Below the pieces are notes generated by a model that saw only the letters and a program-made list of their open reading frames with translations, had not been told where the DNA came from and ran no database searches. The position numbers and the translations under genes were made by a program. Below, in pieces: positions 13,801 through 25,200 of a stretch of DNA of 64,000 nt (positions are counted from its first letter, which is position 1; each line of letters begins with the position of its first letter). The DNA is from Antedon mediterranea (Eukaryota; Animalia; Echinodermata): NCBI RefSeq assembly GCF_964355755.1, contig NC_092675.1:3095812-3159811 (forward strand), in the 5' to 3' direction.

Positions 13801-15167
13801 TACTAGACTGGTACGAACAAATAAACTTCCCGGGACTGCTGGTAAGTTAGTTGGGGAAAATGGCGTATATGACGGCGACAGTGACAATAAGCAATGTTTT
13901 TTTTAAAAAGAACTATAACTAAAATATATGAAAGGACCAATACCTAATGTGTTAGGCGTCAAGAGAGATTTAAGTTAAATATAACATTATGAGAACTACA
14001 TAATCAGAATGAGACATATCAGTAAAATTGTAGAAATTGAATACAATCATAAAAACCACAAATGTTAATTTGACATTTATATGACACTGATAATTGCAAT
14101 GACGGCAAACAATATTTTCATAACCACATTTCTATTCATTCCATTTTGTATTAACTTTGCAATTATTCTGACGGAAATCTTGTAAATCGCTTACGTCATA
14201 GACCTTTACCATCCTAAACGATGTATATAATGTGAATAGTTTTCATTTACAAATATTAAATGATGTAAGAAAAATATTAGTATTAGTTATGACAAAGCTG
14301 CGACACGATCAGTCCCACTTAACAAGCACCGCGCGTCACGGATAATACGTACATAGTACATGTTGGTATTTGTCGCAGCCAGACATAAAATCAAAGGACT
14401 GTGTTACAAAGTTTCTATCTTTGAAAGGCGAGCTCACTGTCTTGTTGTTAGGTTGCCTTGGGAAAAGATAGTCTTGTTAAATCTCTATAGGCCTAGATAT
14501 TGTTTATAAAGATTAATAACAAGAGTTATGGTCACACAGTTTGTGCCACTTTTACGAATAATTATAAGAATGTAACCTTAAGCTCTGTCTACACTATCAA
14601 AAAGTGTACCTAAATATGGTATTAATATGCTCAAATATGGTAGTGATATGACATCATGTCCATATATGAGCATATCACATTTTCTGTCACATTAAGTTGA
14701 CAGTGTAGACAGAGCTTTACAGAGAGTCAAAGACAGTGTCACTGTTAGAGGCTTGCTAAAACTCAATATTTGTCTAAAAAATGTCACAATAATTTCTTAC
14801 CGTTTTCTGATTGTTTATTTTGGCCACAGATCATTACGTAATTGTAAACCTACTTCTGAACAACCAGAGGGTACAGACAGAAACAAGTCGGTCAGCGGTG
14901 GGATACTCACCCACGTGGAACCAACCTTTCCTTTTCCATCTTAACGCCGACGAAGATATCGACAATTATTCATTGCAATTGATCGTAATGAAAGACAGAT
15001 TTTATCGACCCAAAAGTGAAGGTGGCGTTCTAGGCCAAGTTCGAATTGGCCGAGAAAGTAGCGCACAGACTGGTAAGGCGCACTGGGCGGATATTAAGCT
15101 ACCGAAAAAGGCTGAAGTAGCACTGTGGCATCATATTATACCGCTTCAACATGGATCACCACCGTAG
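4837..15167 (+). CDS. Synaptotagmin-family protein (N-terminal TM, two C2 domains), ~456 aa, 4 coding exons
   Basis: Exons 4837-4840, 5609-6477, 13682-13841 and 14830-15167 join in frame with GT-AG sites (phases 1,0,1). MDHLPYYVGLAAGGVSSLLLCVCFCCFWTYYKK = TM + Cys cluster + basic stretch; C2A (FVRIFLLPK..QTRVVRGSLDPKFGE); C2B (LGDLFLSIEY..PTWNQPFLF..LGQVRIG..HW..VALWHHI). Confidence 0.88.
5609..6477 (+). CDS. Synaptotagmin-like exon 2 (TM, linker, C2A)
   Basis: atacatag| acceptor, AAG|gtaaga donor; long ORF 5614-6507. Confidence 0.9.
7625..7842. mobile_element. MITE family B (PIF/Harbinger-like), TIR AGCGTGGTTCCCACTAG
   Basis: Inverted termini AGCGTGGTTCCCACTAG / CTAGTGGGAACCAAGCT with TTA on both sides; related copies at ~8777-8946, ~8968-9160, 11551-12107, ~20244-20401 and partial ~42122-42210. 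Confidence 0.8.
8000..8119. mobile_element. MITE family C, TIR GGCCAATTTACAC
   Basis: GGCCAATTTACACAGA...TGTGTGTAAACGGTC; related copies at ~19753-19880 and ~20972-21176. Confidence 0.65.
8777..9160. mobile_element. Two adjacent family-B MITE copies in opposite orientation
   Basis: Same internal sequence as 7625-7842, forward then reverse. Confidence 0.75.
9899..10023. mobile_element. MITE family A (PIF/Harbinger-like), TIR AGCTCTGTCTACACTATCAAAC
   Basis: TIRs with TAA target duplication. Other copies: ~1-110 (partial), 14581-14716, 23997-24134, 25340-25486, 29420-29840, ~38447-38589, ~48320-48456, ~50670-50853, ~54740-54810, ~58648-58803, ~59853-59997, 62004-62406. Confidence 0.85.
11551..12107. 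mobile_element. Nested cluster of three family-B MITEs
   Basis: Outer element split at ~11616/11970 by two complete elements (~11617-11791 and ~11795-11966). Confidence 0.75.
13682..13841 (+). CDS. Synaptotagmin-like exon 3 (start of C2B)
   Basis: ttttcttgtag| acceptor, G|gtaagt donor; VLGDLFLSIEYQAMANRIKVMLRKA. Confidence 0.9.
14581..14716. mobile_element. MITE family A copy
   Basis: TIRs, TTA TSD. Confidence 0.85.
14830..15167 (+). CDS. Synaptotagmin-like exon 4 (rest of C2B, stop)
   Basis: ccacag| acceptor; DHYVIVNL...WNQPFLF...VALWHHIIP, TAG stop. Confidence 0.9.
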
Positions 15168-16879
15168 ACAGGCAAGGAAATGTTTATTTTATGACGTGAA
15201 AATAACGTTCAATCACGATGAATATCGTAGACCATACGGTTGCCGAACAATCCGCCGAACAGTGACTAGACAATGAAAATATATTTTAACGATCTTTGAA
15301 AATGTCAAAATTATGTCAGACATCGCCATTTGCCGTGACGTCACGGATCGCCAGCGTAGATCAATCGTAGATATTGTACGATTATAGATACTAGTGTCAG
15401 TTGGATATTACGACTAGAAAACGTTTGAGCAGTTTCTAGAATTACGTCAGTTATAGTATGATAGGCCTATGACGCCACCGAGGACCAAATAGAATCGTTA
15501 TTGTCACAATCGTTGTTTATGGCACAAAAATGCACCGGCAACAAAACGTATCGTAAACATGGCATTAATTGTATACAACAGAATGTTACCTGATTGAACT
15601 AGGCCTAATCATTCTTTTTGTGACCGTCTGATTCTATTCTGCACCAACACAAGTCCATTGTACACCAACACGGCGTCAAACGGTAGGCCTACAGTTCGTT
15701 GAGATTTAGTGTGCAGCGTTGCAGCATTTTACACTACACTGCGTATCGTCAATGGAAAACAAAAATTTACATAATACAGGTGGTGTCCGCATATCAATTA
15801 AGGCTTAAATCACACAACATTATAAACTCGTTTAACATAATACATTGTGTAGTGCAACACCGGTTTATGGATTGTAGAAATAAGATATGAACAGTAGTCT
15901 AAATCATTAAAATAATAAATTATTTTGCAATTTTGTATCGCCACGTCACAACCTACACGTGCAGGAAGCATGCAAACTAAATGTTTTATACACCGCTTTT
16001 TCTAGAAGGATTTTATAAGCATTTTACAAATATAATTATATCCAATTAATACACCTTTTTATAGAATAATTATCAGTCACCGCCAACGCCTGTTACAGTT
16101 TAATAAACTAATGTTGTAAGATGTATTCAAAATGTAGGCTCCTACGCTTGGCATAGACACGCATTACTTTTTCCAAGCTACTGCGAGAACGTTTTAAACG
16201 CACATAATAGTAGATTTCATCTCGTCGAGATGTGATAAATATTTGTGATACATCTAGCATAAATATTAATTCCTCGTGTTGTCCACAAATCCTAAGATCA
16301 TCAGATTTATTAGCAATTATTTAGCAAAAAGCATAATTATAGTACAATTGCTGTTGATTAACGCTGATCAAATTATACGTATGCGTTGCTGAGTTCGCAA
16401 AAGCGCGTCTAATAACTTAGCCAGTAAAAATTATTCACGTTCTGTTGTTTACGATATATAACACCAAAATATGGATTGATGACGTTATATAACCTTAAAA
16501 TAGCCACATCACATCAATTCGAGTGGGTGTTTAAGAAAGATGTACTTGTGTAATAATACGACACTGTTTTTCTATTTACGTCTTGATTATAAACGTCATG
16601 AACGAACATTTCTGACAATTCATTAAAGTGGTTTTCAAGGGAGAGCGAATACCTCCAAAAATATAATGAATTACAGTCATTTAATATGCATAATGACCTA
16701 AGGTATCATTTCCTAATCAAATCAGCATGGACAGTGTTGTAGCCTACATTTTCTTTATTGTAAGAAAGTTAAGTAATTCATTAAATTATCTTGAGAGTGT
16801 CGGGATGCACGTAAACAAGATGCTATTAAGATGTTTTGATCTGGACGTTCAATAACATATTTTGAGTCCGCTATGCCTC

Positions 16880-17140
16880 TCTGTTAGAATGTTAATTCCA
16901 CGCGGCATTTATTCGATTGGATGCGGCGCTTATTGAAATGAGGTGTTTGTGGCGCTTCTGTATTCGAATAATAAGTATGGCATTTATTGGATGCGGCGCT
17001 TATTAGACTACAGTACCTTTGCTTTTATTCAAATGCGGCGCTACTTCGAATGCGGAATTTAATGGATGCGGCGCAAATCTAATGTTGCGCTTATTCGATT
17101 GTAAATTTCGTTATATTTTCTATTCATCGTCGATTACTAC
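16880..17140. repeat. Degenerate TGCGGCGCTTATT array, likely end of a Tc1/mariner-type nonautonomous element
   Basis: About 8 imperfect copies of GCGGCGCTTATT, ending in TACTACGGT. Confidence 0.45.
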
Positions 17141-17804
17141 GGTCAATAAAAAGAGGGGTCAATATTTATCTGGGTCTAGTGGGTTTCAACATCACTTTCT
17201 TTCATCAAATTGGTCATTGGAGGCCCGGAGGTACTGTGAAAATCGTATAAAGATTTTGGATTAGGCCTAAGTAGGTTCATAATTAACAAGAAACGTTTAC
17301 GGAAAACAATTTCCTAGAAAAAAGGTGAATCACTTGTGAGGTTGTTTAGTAAAGGATTATAGTTTATACCTTGACTTATTATAGTAGCAAATGTTACTTA
17401 AATTCTATCCAATTCGTGGAATTATGAATCAAGAAGAATAGTTAATGTTAGGTGTCTATTTTGTATAGGCTTAACGGTATACGCATGCGTACTGCAGTGC
17501 GGATAGTTTGCGATGATCGGTCTTACGGTTCTTGCCTTGTAAAAGACAAAATATGGTATAGGACTACTGCGATGTTAAGGCCGATAGTGCGTGTGATATG
17601 ACGTGTGTTAGAAAAAAAAAACCAGACTGTAATTTTATATTTATATATTACAATCCTAGAGTAAGATTATTAGAATAATCACTGTGCTCACGTGATCTTT
17701 ATGTTTTATACAATAATGCGAACGGACAGCCAATGCAATCTGATCAAATATTGTAAAATAAAGTGGACTGGTGTTATATATCCGATTGCCTTATTTTATG
17801 TATT

Positions 17805-18182
17805 CTCTCTGTCTCCCCCTGGTGCCGTATCTACGGACGTAAGCGATCATGTTCTGTCACGTTTTTCAGCTTCTCGCCTTCGTTAACAGGTCCGCTTCTT
17901 GATGTTAACCACTCAATTACACTTGTCATCCACATTACTCATCTTCTACCTCTGGTCCTCTTTCCTTCTCTCTTTCCAGTTTATAATATGTTTTCCAAAC
18001 CCTCTTTCTTGACTATATTATGACCGAGGAATGTTAACTGCCTTATTTGCTTTATAACTTTCCTTAGCTTTTCACATTAGCTCTTCTGAAAACCTCCTCA
18101 TTGCTCACTTTGTCAATCCATGAAATCCTCAACATTCTCCTCAAAAACCACACTTCACAGCTCTCTAGATACTTTCCACATT
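17805..18182 (-). mobile_element. RTE-clade LINE 3' fragment (decayed)
   Basis: Minus strand reads, with frameshifts, EVWFLRRMLRISWIDKVSNEEV..RQLTFLGH..EGLEN..GKREGKRTRGR, typical of the RTE ORF C-terminus. Confidence 0.8.
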
Positions 18183-18699
18183 GTATTATCATATCAATAA
18201 TAAGTTTCTAAACAAAACAACATTGACAAGAATAACAATTACAACGCGTTTGACATCGCTGCACTCGAACAACTATAGGCTATACGCTATGATGGATACA
18301 GACGCATTTAAATTACACGTTATTTCAACCTGCATATTTGAATCTACATAGCTTGCTTTTTTTAATTAATGAAAACATAAATAATGGTTAAAAGCCCACA
18401 CTCGTAACCCACACGTATTTCATTCTGTCGCGAGCGCATTAGAGCATAGAAACAGATATGTGGGGTCGTGGTCCCTACGTACCTAATTATCTGTTAATTA
18501 TTAGTGAATTGATGGCGTGTTGTCTTTAATGATGATGGCCAAAACCTCAGAAATGCCAATGGCTAATAGATAATTGCCCTAACAAAACAAAATAATGAAT
18601 TTCTGAACGTGGGGGTGGAGACCATACGGAAGATGCGACCTGAACTCATCTATACAAAAGATCTGCCTTGATTTCAACATTTTTTTTCCTCTTTAAGTC

Positions 18700-18935
18700 A
18701 TATCAACTCCTTTAGGAGCATGGTGACGTGGAGGGTGTTTGGACACCCACAAGGGCGTCGGTTCAGGAGAACCAACGACGGCCATCCAGCAAAAAAAAAC
18801 CGCCAGCCCGGAGAGCAGATAGGCACCGCTGGGAGATATGGCGAGTGTCGTATCATGATGAATACTACTGTATCTAGTCTGCTACGCCCACGACCACCTA
18901 GGTCATGGAAAAAACGAACGAACGAACTATAAGTC
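18700..18935 (+). mobile_element. Possible decayed RTE-like LINE 3' end
   Basis: GC-richer island; WTPT.GRR motif across a frameshift; no intact ORF. Confidence 0.35.
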
Positions 18936-21900
18936 ATATTCTATTCAGGTTTCATTGAGAATTTCTTCTTATGCTACTAGTATAGAAAATAGAAGTGGAC
19001 CTCAAAGGCAATTTTTAGACACTATCTTTAAGGAATATATAATTATGTATAACCCAGATATAATTGTTTTCAAAAAGGCCTCACTGATATTTTACGACTA
19101 AAAAATCAAGAGGGTGTTGATATTTCGGTAGGTACGCCCACATGGGAAGGCATTCATCTTTGATGAAGACGATTGCAAAATAAAAAAGCAGCATTAAATA
19201 TAATGCTACTAATAATTTCTATTGGAAGTTATAAGTTCAAAACGAAATGGCGCTTGTAAAGTGTAACGTAGGCGGTTTTAATCAAAGCTCTATGAAATAT
19301 AATATGGACATTTATTATGAACCTGTTTTATATATACTTACAATACACATATAGAGATGTGTTCACATGCATTAAAATAGGCCTTATAACGTTAAATCGA
19401 ACCGCAATTTTGATGTGACGAACGACTTCAGTGTGAACACCGAGTGCGACGTGCGACAGGTAGGCGTTATATCAGTCGATTTTCAATTTTTACGAGGTGA
19501 TTTTTGGATTTTGAAGGCTCCGGTCGCGAGTTCGCCGTTGTGGTAAAACAGTGTCCCTGTTTTTGCAGGAAAGTACTGTCCCCGTAAAAGGGCGTCCTAA
19601 AAGAGGGGTTTTACTGTATACATGTAACGCAGAACTAGTTCAACCGATTGAAGCAGTCTTTAAATCTGTACGAATACAGCTTAACAACGAAAGCTCCAAT
19701 ATAAGAGCATTACAATTTTGTGTGGGCACAAAATACACACAGTGCCGAGTAAAGGCCAATTTACACAGATGAGCGGTAACGGCAAGCGGAAAACCGCGTA
19801 GCTTTTCCAGTAGAATCTTCTGTATCATTCTATCCTGAGTGGAAACCGCCCATCCGCTCCGCGTTGTGTCTAAATGGTCATATTATATAATAAGGAATAA
19901 CAGATTCTATATTTCTATATATACCGTTGCTTTCGTCTGTGTAAATCGCCTTCAAAGGGGCTTCTCAAATCTGTAGTAATAAATGAACAAAATGCGTTGG
20001 AGATTGTATAGAATCAGAATGACTGTAAAAGTCATAAAACAGTGTGGAGGATGTACATGGTACGGACATCATAATTGAATATTAGACCATAAACGGAGCA
20101 ATCTTACTCTATTTATGTTTAATTAATCATTAATCTGTTTATTTTCCGCTCGTTGTTATATAAAATGTGTTTACGAAATCTCGTTGAAAAAACACTTGAC
20201 ATTTAATAAACGTACCACATATTTGGATGTGCCTTCAATGTAAAGCGAGGTTCCCACTATAGACGCAACGCAAAGACGTACGCGCAACGCAAGGAGTTGA
20301 CCAATGACAAGCCACTGTTCGAATAATCCACTGCTTGTGATTGGTCAAATCACTTACGTTGCGTTATGTCCTTACGTTGCGTCGGTAGTGGGAACCAAGT
20401 TTAAGCGAATGATTTACAGACCACAGCTTAGTACAGGTTAAATGTTCAAGCTTGTCAAAAGTTCTACTTCTAACAATGTTCTAACTACGGCCCATGATAA
20501 TGATACATTTTAAAAAATTCTCTTTATGCAATTATCAGAAGAAATGTTCATGTATCTGAATCTCTACTGCATCTTTGGAACAGTACAAATGCTGTGATAC
20601 ATAACATATGCGTGTCATCACGGGAATTATTTGATTACGGGAATTGTTTAATTACGGTAAATAGTCACATGCGAAGCTGGACCTACGATAGCCCAAGTGA
20701 CACAAAGAGACAAAGAGGAATACTCGATAGGCTGCTGCTTCCACTCGGATATTATGTGCGAGTCGAATGTTCGTTAACAATTTTTAACAAGTGTTTGACG
20801 GAAAAGAACCGTAGGTAAGTATTGGGTAAAGAACGCCATGTATTGATGATACGAGTCTTAAAGAAGTAATAGGCTAAGCAATCTAGCTAGCCATTTCTTT
20901 AAATGGTTACATATAATGATGAGATCATTAAGCATCATATTGCTGTCACTCATCCCGATATGTAGTGCAGAGGCCAATTTACACAAAATGAGCGGTAATG
21001 GTATTTTTGTACATTATGGATACAGATGATTCCTTATGATCATTTATTTACACACAACGCGGAGCGAGAGGGCGGTTTCCGCTCAGGATAGATAATACCC
21101 CACGTGGAACAAGCTACGCGGTTTTCTGCTTACCGTTACCGATCGTCTGTGAATAAAACTGTGAGTAAATTGGCCTTAGTACATTAGCAACATTTGACGC
21201 AGTAGATGAAAGCAGGTAGAATCGGTTGAAAATGGAGTGTGCAAGTAATTAGTAATTGAGCATTTCTTTTTCCTAGAATTAATAATCACAAGAAACAAAC
21301 TATTTAAAGTAACAGGTTTACCAAGAAAGGAAAGATGTTAGAAATATGTTTTACTACTTTATTTTATTTTCTGACTTTGTGTCCATGGTTCATGAAATGA
21401 AAGGCGCTAAACCACATGACAAAGAGGAATTGCATTCCTCAACATTCATAATGAACTGTATAAAGATATCAAAAAAACCCCTCTTGACAACGATATATCC
21501 AAAAAAAAATGTTTCGATAAATGTTTGCCATTAAATCGCATCTTTCCAAAGAAAAAAAAAGTTTCATGGCATTATAAAGATTAAAATCTGAAGTCTATGA
21601 AAATAAAAATTTATGGGAGGGTCAATAAAAAAATCCTGATTAAGCGGATTTAAAAACAAAGCCGTCACCTTATTACTATCAAGGTGGAACAAAAAAAGGT
21701 ACAAATAATTTAAACTTTACAAAAAAAGGTACTAAATATAAATCTGTTATTTCAGAAATTCAGGTAATTCTACTGCAGTAATAGAAAGCAATACATAATA
21801 AATTTCCAACTTTTCGTAAATTTTTGTAAATAATGATCTCAAACAGGAACTACACCGTATTTGGACACTATTTACGTGAATAGATTGAATTCAAATATTC

Positions 21901-22106
21901 TTCGGATAAGTGGAAACTTGATTTAATACCTTGAATTTATTTTTAAAATGTTCTAAGCAGCGTCAATGATTTTATTTGGATTTTAAACAAAGCATACGCC
22001 GCTCAAAGGGACATTAAATGAAAAACATTGCAGTTCAACCAAAGACTGATATCAAATAGGAATCATAAGAAGTTGTACTAATAATTAAAAATTCTCCTTT
22101 TGTAGA

Positions 22107-22251
22107 TTACAACTCAGTCTTTCCACCATCAACTTTAACAGGTTTATTAGTGGCTTCTCGTTTGATGTAAGATAAGAACTCATCTACTTCACGCCCGCCT
22201 TCATATTTCTTTGGTTCACCATTCATTGGCGCCCAGTATAACGTTGGGAAT
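22107..22251 (-). CDS. PDIA3: PDIA3 exon 13 (stop)
   Basis: [32 protein letters not shown]. Confidence 0.95.
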
Positions 22252-25200
22252 CTGCAAAATAATAAAACAAACAATTTACATGAATATGTACAGTAACATT
22301 TTTGTTTTCTTTGAAATTTCTTTTTATTTGGTTGGAGTAGTATAGGATAGGAGGAGTTGGATAGCCGAGTGGTTAGGACACTTGACTGTCGTACAGATAG
22401 ACCCGGGTTCAATGCCCGACAACTCCCAGTTCACTCAGCTGTAAAATGAGTACCTGGTTGAAAATACTAGGGAGAAAAAAGGCGGCGTGGAAAGGAACTG
22501 GCCACCCTACCACATAATGCCGAGGCTTAGTACAATGAGCTCCTAACAGCTCATTCACCTACGTTCAGAGAACACGGGACTCACCTTTACCTTTTCATTA
22601 ATTAAATACAGAAAAATCAATATTTGTTCAGTTCTAAAGAACTTCTTTATTGATAATAACAGTGGATCCGGAACTTGTTTTAGTTCAGTCAGACTTAATT
22701 TATATTTATTTTTCATAAGAAGTCGATAAAACTAACTTACCCTCTAACTTCAAATGGGGGTGGTACATCATTAGCTGTGGCGTCCATCTTAGCAATAAGT
22801 ATATTATCATCACCTGCCAACTACAAAAGAAAAGTTCTTTGAGGCCGATGTAGCATGAAACATGCTCATTGTTACGATAGCTATACTGTATTACTAACCA
22901 AGTAGGCCTACAATAGTGGACTAAAATTATAACATCGGTTCTGTAAAACAACAGATTTGTCTACAAAGTATAGTGCCAGGCAGCAAAATCTTTTTAGGCC
23001 TTCCATGAAAACATTTTTGTCTGAATCAAAGCTGAACATGAGCCTACACTGTATACAGAATTGTTGAGTAGTAATAGTAATATATTTTTAAGTGTTGGAA
23101 ATGTATGCAAATGTAAGTTGTTATTTAAACCCACAATTCTGGATGAGAAATAAATGGATTCTTGATGGTAATTTAAATACTATAAAGTAGCTTAGCATCA
23201 GGGAAATAATTAATACTATTGTACTGAATGATCTGCGCATTAAAAACTCTTTTTGCGTGGGACTCAAACCCACAACTACAACCTCAAGATCACTAGCAAT
23301 CCGAGGTACGTAACGGTAGACAACTGAGCTTGGATTCTCAATATGTTACACTCTACTCGTTAACTATATTATATACTGTAGTTACTTAAAGAAAATTAAT
23401 GATTTGTTGAATTTAAAATGTAATCTAAGATATTATTATCAATTCTCCAAACCATATTATCATTCAGGCTTAGGTAGTGACAGGTAACAATACAGGTAAC
23501 ATTGTTACCAAGTCAGAACCAGCATTTGAACTAAGAACCCTGGCATTAATGAGCAAGCTAACCACTGTTTCTAATAACAGGTTCATTTTTATATTAAGTT
23601 AAGTGCACAAATGAACCAATAAGTTGATTTATTCAAAGGGCAATGAAATATCAAAGTGGGTATAAAAATAGCACTGAATATTTGTTGAAGCAACATTTGA
23701 TTAATCATATCAAAATGAACTTTATTTAAAGGTTAATTTGTTCAACCTCTTCATTTTAAAACACACAAACTAAACAACTACATTATTTATACAGATATTT
23801 GCTTAAAAAATTCAAAAAGTTATCTTAACAATTTAAGGGAAGTGTAAGGTGCTGCAGCTTAAATACTGGCATGATCATTATTTAGCCCCATGGTTTAGGG
23901 GAGATAAAGTACAAAGGCTTCCACACTACTACTATTTAAATATAGATTTAGATTTTTTTTTTTAATATCCAATAAACACACCAAAACAGCTTTTAAAGCT
24001 CCGTCTACACTATCAAATTAGTTTAACAAAAGAAAGTGTGATGTGCCCAAATATGGTAGTGATATGTCATTGTGTCCATATATGGCCACTTCACATTTTT
24101 TTTGTCACTTAAATTTGATAGGGTAGACAGAGCTTAGGCTCCAAAATATATTCTTATTCCGCAACATTCATTACAAAACAATTATAGGCCAGGCCAGTTC
24201 AAGTGTGTTCAATTTTAGGAGAGCTGAAAGTATTAGTACGGTCTCTATAAAAAGACGTTTTAACAGAACATGCAATATTTCCATTTTGAAACAGATTCCA
24301 ATTTATAAACGGTACTACTTACTTTAGTAGCTAGTTCGTCATAAGCAGGTACAAGTTTTTTACAATGGCCGCACCATGGAGCATAGAATTCTATTAGAAC
24401 GTCTTTTGTGTTATCATTGACAAGTTGATCAAATGTTTTTGCAACAACCACCTGTAAAGGATCAGAAAAATCTTTGTACGAGTCTGGAACATTTAAATAT
24501 TAAGTAGAGAGAATATCCGAACATTGTGGTTTTGCCTTCCCCATACTTTATCATGTAAACTGTGTGGCTATACAAAACAGATTCACCATATAAAATATTT
24601 TTTACTGTTGATATTAGAGTTATTCTTTGTCCACAGAGGCTCAAGGCATGGTTGCTCGTAGTAAATGTAATTACACAAACCAAAAGTGGTGTTGGGATTC
24701 TCATGGAATGTAGCATTATCTGATAGGGGTGTTTCATAAAATGTTATATATTTGCATTGTAGCTCTCTTCTCTGAGAGAATAGGCCAATGTCTGGTTTAT
24801 CCAGGTAAGCTGGGCATAAAATAAACAATTTCTGCATAATAAATTCCCTATTCATTCCTTCTCTAGAGGATGGTCGATGTATTTCGTGAGCAATATGTAA
24901 ACTTAAAGCATATTTTTCTATTTTGTATTTATATACCTTTACTGGTTCGTCATTATCTTCTGGAATCGCCTCGCTCTTGAGATATGCTTCAAGTTTACCA
25001 TCAAAGAAAGCAGTTATAAAGGCATCTAGTGAGCTACCATCACGTCTAAAATATAAAACACCATCATCTTAGCAAATCTATATATAGTGCAATTCAATAT
25101 TCTTAAATTAAACCATGCGACAAAAAACAAAGATTGGCTTGAACCATCTTTGATTCACACCGAGGTCATTAAACGCATGAGCATATGAAAAGGGCAGCAA

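Noticed and set aside
24790-24812. U1 snRNA gene (CTTACCTGG on minus strand)
   Set aside because: Only 9 nt match; no stem-loop I, Sm site or rest of U1
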